From Pyrobaculum aerophilum str. IM2 (GTDB lineage Archaea; Thermoproteota; Thermoprotei; Thermoproteales; Thermoproteaceae): a stretch of 32,000 nucleotides of DNA. Positions within the stretch are counted from its first letter, which is position 1. The number at the start of each line of letters is the position of its first letter. The notes beneath the pieces were generated by a model. The model ran no database searches and had not been told where the DNA came from. It saw only the letters and a program-made list of their open reading frames with translations. Where the stretch lies: assembly GCF_000007225.1 (NCBI RefSeq), contig NC_003364.1, positions 900,001 through 932,000 of the forward strand. Reading direction: 5' to 3'. Shown piece by piece: positions 26,015 to 32,000 of this stretch. Position numbers and translations under genes: made by a program.

Positions 26015-26304
26015 GGCTCCCGTCCAGCGGTGATGCTAGACACGTCTGTTTGTTTTGTGAGGGCGTAATTCCGGTATATCAACGCGGCCAGTATCGACGC
26101 CTCGGATACTGATACCATCACTAGGATTAGAACTCCGTAAAAGGCCAACACTGGGTTCGAGGCCGCGGCCGGCGCTAAGGCGGCAAAGGCGCCTACAGTG
26201 ACTAGCTCCAGCGATATCAATATCCTTACCAAGTTTTTAGTCACAGCTATTGAATAAATGCCGAGGACTATTAACAAGAGACCTACGACTACGGCGGGGC
26301 TCAT
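26011..26304 (-). CDS. nuoK: NADH-quinone oxidoreductase subunit K
   Basis: 97 aa, three TM helices with a conserved membrane Glu (SLELV). ATGA-type overlaps on both sides. Confidence 0.85.
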   Translation of the reverse strand: MSPAVVVGLLLIVLGIYSIAVTKNLVRILISLELVTVGAFAALAPAAASNPVLAFYGVLILVMVSVSEASILAALIYRNYALTKQTDVSSITAGREP

Positions 26305-26726
26305 ACCCTCCTAGCCACCTCAATGCTTATTACTAGTGAAATCACGGCCACCCCTATTAACAACACCACAGCAGTTATTAAATCGCCGGTGTTAACCACT
26401 AGGGCCTTGCCCGGCTGTGTGGAGAAATACGTTGCGAATAAAACGGCCGCTGTGAGGGCTAACAGCGTAGTGGCTGTGAAATACTTGCCGCCCCACCTAT
26501 GAGCCCCTCCGTACATAGCGGCTGTTATGAGAACTAAGAGCATTACAGCGCCTATATAAATTACAAATATTAGAAACGCAGAGGCGAACTGTAATAAGTA
26601 GGCGTAGTAGGCCCCCACAGCGCCTGCTGTGGCGGCGAGGCTGATAGCAGAGTAAACATTATCTCGCGAGTAGACAGTTAACAACCCGAAAAACAAAGCC
26701 GCCGAGAGGAGTAGTATATCTATCAT
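26301..26726 (-). CDS. nuoJ: NADH-quinone oxidoreductase subunit J
   Basis: 141 aa, polytopic, in the position expected for NuoJ. Shorter than bacterial NuoJ. Confidence 0.75.
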   Translation of the reverse strand: MIDILLLSAALFFGLLTVYSRDNVYSAISLAATAGAVGAYYAYLLQFASAFLIFVIYIGAVMLLVLITAAMYGGAHRWGGKYFTATTLLALTAAVLFATYFSTQPGKALVVNTGDLITAVVLLIGVAVISLVISIEVARRV

Positions 26727-26745
26727 GAGGATTTTAGTAAAGACG

Positions 26746-26761
26746 CATTTTTAAAATATTA
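26746..26761 (-). promoter_or_regulatory. internal TATA box upstream of nuoJ
   Basis: The minus strand reads taatattttaaaaatg, centred about 28 nt upstream of the nuoJ ATG at 26726, within the 100-nt nuoI-nuoJ gap. Confidence 0.4.
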
Positions 26762-26797
26762 CCGCCAGCGCCTAGTTAGTTGCGGACTTTCTCTAAC

Positions 26798-26802
26798 AAA
26801 AA
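26798..26802 (-). terminator. short oligo-T tract after nuoI
   Basis: The minus strand reads ctttttgtt about 25 nt after the nuoI stop. A weak signal. Confidence 0.2.
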
Positions 26803-26826
26803 GATATTTGTGTACTTTTTTGAGCC

Positions 26827-27294
26827 TTATTGCACCTTTATCTTTTTTGGCACTCCTCCAATATATTTTATTGTTACTTTTACCGGCTTGAAGGGATCTT
26901 GTACCTTCGGCGGCTCTCTTTCCATATCCGGCGTATAGATCATCTCTTTATAATCGTACCAAGCCAGCTCCATAATATCCGTGGGGTAGAGGGCCTCAGT
27001 GGGACAGATGTCAATACAGAAGTGGCACATAATACAGCGGCCGTAGTCTATGCCGGGGTATCTTTTCGTGTTTGGCGCTAGGTACATTTTTATAGCGTTT
27101 GTTGGGCATATCCTCGCACACAAAAAGCATGAAGTACACTTCTCGGTCCAAAGCCCTATCCAGCCCCTCATTCTTCCATACTCCAGCTTCTCATAGGGGT
27201 AGTATATAGTAATACGCTCTGGTTTTACAAAGTTCTTAACAGCAACTCTAAAAGCGTCAATTGTGGCCTTCACAACAGACGCGACTCCGCTCAT
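26827..27294 (-). CDS. nuoI: NADH-quinone oxidoreductase subunit I (2x[4Fe-4S])
   Basis: CTSCFLCARICP and CIMCHFCIDICP cluster motifs. Start placed at the ATG that forms an ATGA overlap with the nuoH stop (27291-27294). Confidence 0.9.
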   Translation of the reverse strand: MSGVASVVKATIDAFRVAVKNFVKPERITIYYPYEKLEYGRMRGWIGLWTEKCTSCFLCARICPTNAIKMYLAPNTKRYPGIDYGRCIMCHFCIDICPTEALYPTDIMELAWYDYKEMIYTPDMEREPPKVQDPFKPVKVTIKYIGGVPKKIKVQ

Positions 27295-28340
27295 GGCGAC
27301 ACCCCCAGTAGCCTTAGCGCTGTTGACCACGCCACTGCCACTACCCCGAGTAGTAGTAATCCGCGCCAGCCTAGCGCGAGAGTCTGATCAAGTCTTAAAA
27401 CCGGCATAACTGCCCTCAAGAATGCGAAGAAAAACATCAAAACGCTCGTCTTGACGAACACCCATACTGCGAGCATTAAGTGCCCTATAATATCCTGCGG
27501 CCAGGGACCGGGCGAGAAGCCGGGCAAGGCCCAGCCGCCTAGGAACAAGAGAGTTGCTAAGTAGGAATAGGAGAAGGTGGCGTAGTAAGTGCCCCCGGCG
27601 AAGGAGAGGACTAAGAAGATGCCGCCATAATCGCTGTACGGCCCCGTGGCGACGTCGCCTTCGTAATCCGCTATCTCAAAGGGGAATCTAGCCGTGGCCA
27701 TCGCTGTAGCTATAATGAAGACAAGGAAGGCTATTGGGTTTAGCACAGCGCCTGTCAAAACCGTCTGTTTATTCACTATTTCTAAGGGGTTTAAAGTGCC
27801 GTAAAGTATGACCATGGCTAAAACTGAGACTATCAAAGGAATTTCATACGCCGCCACTAACAACGCCTCACGCGCAGCGCCTATATAGGCAAATTTATTA
27901 TTAACAGACCACCCAATTATGACAATTATAATAGACACGAGGAGCAGAATAACTAATGAAAACACAAAGCCGTAGGGGAGCAGGCCGGCGTCTTTTATTA
28001 GCCTAAGCTCAGGCGTGAGGGGAAGTAAAAGCGAGGCGCCGAAGGCGAGAGTTACGAAAATCGGCGGACCCCAGACGAATAGAACTTTATGCGCCCCCCT
28101 TGGCACTATCGGCTCGCTTATGATAAACTTAAAGGCGTCTGCAAGAAGCTGTAAATATCCGCCGAGTAGCGGCGATACGTGGTAAGGCCCTACGCGCATC
28201 TGGACTCTCGCCGCGGCTTTGCGCTCGAACCACACCACTGTAAGGAGAATAACGCTTGAGACTGCGAACATCAGCACGAAGAACCAGAGACGTGCCGAAA
28301 AGAGGAGCGAGATATCCATATCTATTAGTAAAATTGCCAT
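27291..28340 (-). CDS. nuoH: NADH-quinone oxidoreductase subunit H
   Basis: 349 aa, 8-9 TM helices, with RVGPY and LADAFKF motifs typical of NuoH/ND1. Confidence 0.9.
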   Translation of the reverse strand: MAILLIDMDISLLFSARLWFFVLMFAVSSVILLTVVWFERKAAARVQMRVGPYHVSPLLGGYLQLLADAFKFIISEPIVPRGAHKVLFVWGPPIFVTLAFGASLLLPLTPELRLIKDAGLLPYGFVFSLVILLLVSIIIVIIGWSVNNKFAYIGAAREALLVAAYEIPLIVSVLAMVILYGTLNPLEIVNKQTVLTGAVLNPIAFLVFIIATAMATARFPFEIADYEGDVATGPYSDYGGIFLVLSFAGGTYYATFSYSYLATLLFLGGWALPGFSPGPWPQDIIGHLMLAVWVFVKTSVLMFFFAFLRAVMPVLRLDQTLALGWRGLLLLGVVAVAWSTALRLLGVSP

Positions 28341-28349
28341 TTTAATTTA

Positions 28350-29576
28350 TTACCTGTCTTGTTCAGGCGGGAAATAGCCAAATGAGCCGTAAATGGCCGG
28401 CAGATCCATAAGCCTTGCCCCTATAAATGCCCTAATCATTGCGCGGAGGTTCTGCCAGGACGGAGTGGAGATTCTCACCCGATAGGGCTTCTCGGTCCCG
28501 TCGCCAAATACCTGAAAATAATACCTCCCCCTTCCGCCCTCTGTCACGCCGACCCCCTCGCCTTGGGGGAGCATCGTGGTAAACAAAGCGCCGAGTCTTA
28601 TTAGCTCATTGGCCTTTTCTCTCTGCTTTGGCGGTATTCTGTGCAGTAACGCCTCGCCGACTAGCGGGCCGTCCCTGGGGACCCGGTCCAGGGCTTGTCT
28701 AATTATCCTCGCGCTCTGCCTTATTTCGCATATTCTGACCATAGTCCTGGCCAGCGCATCTCCGCCGTCTTCCACGCACACCTCCCACTCAAATTCATCG
28801 TACACGCCGTATTTATACGCCCTCCTGGCGTCCCATTCTATCCCAGATCCCCTTGCCCCAGGCCCAGTGGCCATAAGCCTCGCCGCGTCCTCCTTGCTTA
28901 AATACCCAACGTCTTTTAGGCGGTAGTAGCCAACGGGGTTCTTGACCACAACTCTCATAAACTCATCCACTTTCTTCTCTAAGTAGTCTAAAAAGCCCCT
29001 TGTCTGTTCGTAAAAGGCGTCTGGAGGCGCGGTGCGGACGCCGCCAGGGAGCACCCACGTGGGAGTTGTCCTCGAGCCAGACGCCATGGCCCACAGTTGC
29101 ACAAGCAATTCGCGGAGGCCGTACGCCCACATAAAGCCAGTGGATGAGCCGATCATTATGGCGTGGAGCCCCAAGTCGTAGAGGTGTGTGGAAATGCGGC
29201 TGAGCTCGCCCATGATTACTCTGAGGTACTGAGCTCTGGGGGAGACGTCGTATTTAGCAAGCCTTTCTATGGCCAAGGCGTAGGCCCACGTGACGTTTAT
29301 GGCGTCGGGGAGCGAAAGCCTTTCAAATAGAGGGATGTTCTGAATCCAGTGTCTAGTCTCGCCGAGCTTTTCCATTGTCCTGTGTACATAGCCCGGATCG
29401 GGAGTGACGTTTACCACTACGTCCCCATCAACTTCAATTATGAACCTGGTATGGCCGCTTGACGGATGTTGCGGGCCCCAAAAAATATCGAGGACCCGGC
29501 GTCCGCCTTCTAATCTCTCTTCTTTTAAAATGAGGCCGTACTCCTCTGTCCTCATAAACAGAGATAAATTGTCCAT
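28350..29576 (-). CDS. nuoD: NADH-quinone oxidoreductase subunit D
   Basis: WGPQHPSSGH and the overall 49-kDa subunit pattern. The ORF-track start at 29690 adds an Arg-rich leader. I prefer ATG 29576 or 29555, next to the A/T box gatatatagattaaaaatg. Confidence 0.9.
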   Translation of the reverse strand: MDNLSLFMRTEEYGLILKEERLEGGRRVLDIFWGPQHPSSGHTRFIIEVDGDVVVNVTPDPGYVHRTMEKLGETRHWIQNIPLFERLSLPDAINVTWAYALAIERLAKYDVSPRAQYLRVIMGELSRISTHLYDLGLHAIMIGSSTGFMWAYGLRELLVQLWAMASGSRTTPTWVLPGGVRTAPPDAFYEQTRGFLDYLEKKVDEFMRVVVKNPVGYYRLKDVGYLSKEDAARLMATGPGARGSGIEWDARRAYKYGVYDEFEWEVCVEDGGDALARTMVRICEIRQSARIIRQALDRVPRDGPLVGEALLHRIPPKQREKANELIRLGALFTTMLPQGEGVGVTEGGRGRYYFQVFGDGTEKPYRVRISTPSWQNLRAMIRAFIGARLMDLPAIYGSFGYFPPEQDR

Positions 29577-29706
29577 TTTTAATCTATATATCTCTGCCGC
29601 TCCTCGCCAGACTGCATGGGCTAAAACGCCTAGAGCGGCCATAACTTGGCTCTTCAGCCTAAGCCCCCCTCTTTTCCTCCTCCATTCCAATACGGCCGTC
29701 TATTCT

Positions 29707-30045
29707 TTAATAGCGCGGATATCTACCGCCCCTGGCGGCGCGCCGTCTTGTCCGCCTTAGCCCCGTTAACCAAAACGCAGTCCCGCGCAAATCTGCAGAC
29801 ACTTCAAAAAGCGCGATACCTCGGAGGCTCGTCGCTCTTCTCCTACCTCCGCCAGGTAACTCCTCTCGTAGGACTCGTAAGGCGTATGTAATATACATAC
29901 ACCACTGAGCCCCAGCCTCTGCTGCCACTGCGTCCATCCCCCTAAAGGCTCTTTGCGTGAGATGCCCCCAAGACACTCTAAACCTCCTCGGTAGCTCGCC
30001 CCCGGCTTTACGGCTTTAAACCCCCGACATCCCTATACTGTGTTA
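29707..30045 (-). pseudogene. fossil of a long paREP2a-like gene filling the nuoD upstream intergenic region
   Basis: gtatagggATGtcgggggtttaaagccgtaaagcc...gtgtcttgggggcatctcacgcaaagagcc aligns by eye with the start of 22102..22947. This includes the tail of a preceding 2a domain. The region is frameshifted and the remaining ORF is Arg-rich. Confidence 0.5.
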
Positions 30046-30058
30046 TATCCCCCAGCTC

Positions 30059-30982
30059 TTGGCGGCGGTGTTGATATATGAGGCAGTCCACCTATTGGCC
30101 GAGTTTCTTATGAAGAGGCCTCCAGGCGGCAGGTGCAACGCCGTTGTCATCATGCCGACGCGTGGGGATAGGGATTTAGGCCGATTTGCGGGCTACGTCG
30201 ATTTTGTAGTCGTTGACAGCGAGGCGGCGGCGGAAAGAGCCGAGGCCGCGGGGCTGAGGTGGGTTTTGAACAAATATAGGGGTAAGTCGGGGGCATTGGC
30301 CACGGCCCTAGAGACTATTGATGCCGATTTATACGTCTTTATTGACGACGACGCCTACCCCGGGGAGTGGATTGGGCTTTTAAAAGGCATGTGCGGGAGG
30401 TTCGCCACGGCTTATAGGTGGGTTTTAGACCGTTTGCAAAACGCCTTTTCGCTAGGCGGCTTCGACTGGATGGTGTGGCCGGCTACAAGGTTTCTCTACG
30501 GCGGCGCCATGACTGTGCCAGCGGCGCGCAGAGCCGACGCTATAGAGGCGTTGAAAAAATGCCCCGTTGACGACATGGCTTTAACCGCTCTGGCAGAGCG
30601 TATAGAAGTCTTGCCCTTATTAATACCAATGGATCCAGCGGAGGGCACTTGGGAGTTCTCTATAAGGCAGGCAGTGGCGGCAAAACTGGGAAACCTGACC
30701 CTCTGGGCAGTCGAGCTTATTTACTACTGGGCTTGGACAATATTTGCGTTTTTCTTCCCCCCGCTCTTTGCCGTTCACGCTGTCCGCACGGCGCTGAGAT
30801 CCCGCCGCGCCCTCGGCGAAGTCGACTGGCTACAAGTTCTGCTCTCGCCAATAGAAAGGCCCTTGCAGGCGGCGATTTTTCTGGCCTCTGCCTTCAAGCG
30901 GTGTTTCACATGGAGAGGGGCGGCCGTGTGTAAAAAATGCAGAATAACCCGGCGGACGGCCCGCGCCTCAACCGGCGTCTAG
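30059..30982 (+). CDS. GT2-family glycosyltransferase-like membrane protein (ceramide glucosyltransferase/HpnI-like pattern)
   Basis: NKYRGKSGALATAL, YVFIDDDAYP (DxD) and LYGGAMTV segments, with C-terminal TM helices. The start is uncertain (TTG 30059, GTG 30068, ATG 30110). Confidence 0.5.
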   Translation: MAAVLIYEAVHLLAEFLMKRPPGGRCNAVVIMPTRGDRDLGRFAGYVDFVVVDSEAAAERAEAAGLRWVLNKYRGKSGALATALETIDADLYVFIDDDAYPGEWIGLLKGMCGRFATAYRWVLDRLQNAFSLGGFDWMVWPATRFLYGGAMTVPAARRADAIEALKKCPVDDMALTALAERIEVLPLLIPMDPAEGTWEFSIRQAVAAKLGNLTLWAVELIYYWAWTIFAFFFPPLFAVHAVRTALRSRRALGEVDWLQVLLSPIERPLQAAIFLASAFKRCFTWRGAAVCKKCRITRRTARASTGV

Positions 30983-31093
30983 CCTGCTGAGCGTTAAGGC
31001 ACGGCTGAGCAATAGCTAACGTCGTCGGCCTCGGGTTGCCGCCGTTTGTTTTGTCGCTACGGAGGATTTTTTAAATTGGATGTCGGGGGGCTT

Positions 31094-31249
31094 ATGCCGT
31101 TGGTAGTGGAGGTGTTGGGGATTCACGCCCACGTGTTGAGGAGGTATGGCGTGTTGCCAGATGAGGAGGTGGGCTCGGCGGTGGCCAAGCTTAAAGCCGC
31201 CGCCCCACACCTCGCGGAGTTTTTACGAGAGGCGGCCTCGTTGCAATAA
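31094..31249 (+). CDS. small hypothetical protein, 51 aa
   Basis: The ATG lies 23 nt downstream of the centre of attttttaaatt (31066-31077). Predicted helical. No homolog recognised. Confidence 0.3.
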   Translation: MPLVVEVLGIHAHVLRRYGVLPDEEVGSAVAKLKAAAPHLAEFLREAASLQ

Positions 31250-31371
31250 TACTGAGTGTGGCGCATTGGCGGGGAGTTGTTGTCAGAAGATGGCGATGCG
31301 CTCGGCACAACGGGAATCGGCGAAGTAAGGAGCCGTGTCGCTTGCACTGCGGCGCTTTTTAGGCGCATCTG

Positions 31372-31387
31372 TATATTTTAAATATAG
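31372..31387 (+). promoter_or_regulatory. folE TATA box
   Basis: tatattttaaatatag is centred about 25 nt upstream of the in-frame GTG at 31404. Confidence 0.5.
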
Positions 31388-31403
31388 TTATCGGCTTATC
31401 TGC

Positions 31404-31967
31404 GTGATTACCGATAGGAAGGCAAAGGCCAAGCCTGAGAGGGGGGTTGAGGAGTTGCTGGAGTACCTGGGGGAGGATCTTACCAAGCCCGGAGTCCTTA
31501 ACACTCCCAAGCGGTTTGTGAAGGCTATGGAGGAGCTGACGCGGGGGCTTAGGGAGCCGCCTCCTGAGGTGGTTTTCTTCCCACTTGAATACGACGTCGA
31601 ATTGGGCCCCGTGGTTATTGAGAATATAGGGGCGGTCTCTCTCTGTGAACACCACTTGCTCCCTATTTTATTGAGAATATCTGTTGCCTACGTCCCTGGG
31701 GACGGCGTCCCCGGCTTGAGCAAAGTGATTAGGCTGGTCAAGTGGGCGGCTGCACGGCCGATTATGCAAGAACGTTTTACAGAGTGGCTCGCCGATTTGT
31801 TAATGGAGAAGCTGAGGGCTAAGGGAGTTCAAGTAAAGGTATGCGGCGTTCACATGTGTTCTTTCATTAGAGGCGTGAAAGACGAGCATCACAATATGAT
31901 AACTGAGGCCAGGCGGGGGGAGATTGACGTGAAGCTGAGCTGTAAGAGGCCTTTGGGCTGTAGATGA
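31404..31967 (+). CDS. folE: GTP cyclohydrolase I (FolE type)
   Basis: TPKRFVKAMEELT, SLCEHHLLP and LSKVIRLVKWAAARPIMQERFT motifs. Start trimmed from 31335 to the GTG that fits the TATA spacing. Confidence 0.85.
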   Translation: MITDRKAKAKPERGVEELLEYLGEDLTKPGVLNTPKRFVKAMEELTRGLREPPPEVVFFPLEYDVELGPVVIENIGAVSLCEHHLLPILLRISVAYVPGDGVPGLSKVIRLVKWAAARPIMQERFTEWLADLLMEKLRAKGVQVKVCGVHMCSFIRGVKDEHHNMITEARRGEIDVKLSCKRPLGCR

Positions 31968-32000
31968 GAATTGTCGTAACTGGCGCCAGCGGGGGTATTG
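31964..32000 (+). CDS. NAD(P)-binding Rossmann protein (SDR/epimerase type), 3'-partial
   Basis: MRIVVTGASGGI is the first 12 codons of a TGxxGxxG Rossmann fold. ATGA overlap with the folE stop. Confidence 0.45.
   Translation, partial: MRIVVTGASGGI

Noticed and set aside
29884-29900. Hairpin-capable palindrome gtatgt-aatat-acatac in the nuoD upstream fossil.
   Set aside because: The arms are only 6 bp and A/T-rich, it lies about 300 nt from any start, and it is absent from the homologous position of the intact gene. Probably chance.
1-32000. Scan for CRISPR arrays, tRNA or rRNA genes and inteins.
   Set aside because: I saw no regularly spaced direct repeats, no cloverleaf-like or rRNA-like segments in the intergenic regions, and no intein-like insertions in the conserved enzymes.

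Overview
This window looks like a chromosomal segment of a Pyrobaculum-type (Thermoproteales) crenarchaeon. The taxon call is inferred from protein signatures and gene style, not from a search. Genes are densely packed, many share 4-nt ATGA stop/start overlaps, and most starts have an A/T-rich TATA-like box about 22-30 nt upstream (leaderless style). Left to right: a 5'-partial FAD oxidoreductase, a small RHH protein, an EamA transporter, divergent tatA/tatC, two hypotheticals, an MFS transporter, carbamate kinase, a hisS / saccharopine-dehydrogenase-like / dolichol-phosphate-mannose-synthase-like operon, a KaiC-like ATPase, a two-subunit 2-oxoacid:ferredoxin oxidoreductase, a hypothetical and ndk. 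A respiratory complex I cluster follows on the minus strand (nuoD-H-I-J-K-M ... L-N), then a GT2-like gene, a small ORF, folE and the first codons of an SDR-type gene. No rRNA, tRNA or CRISPR array was seen. The non-housekeeping content is a repeated two-gene module of unknown function: a conserved 101-aa protein with an RRAFWWEGEW motif, divergently paired with a giant 1153-aa protein. From memory it resembles the paREP2a/paREP2b repeat families of P. aerophilum. One intact copy lies between ndk and nuoN. A decayed copy sits inside the nuo cluster between nuoM and nuoL. Further fossil fragments lie directly upstream of the ndk, nuoL and nuoD promoters. Secondary candidates are a C/D-box sRNA, a SecB-like small protein near tatAC and a Cys-rich micro-ORF after nuoN. 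All similarity statements are by-eye alignments.
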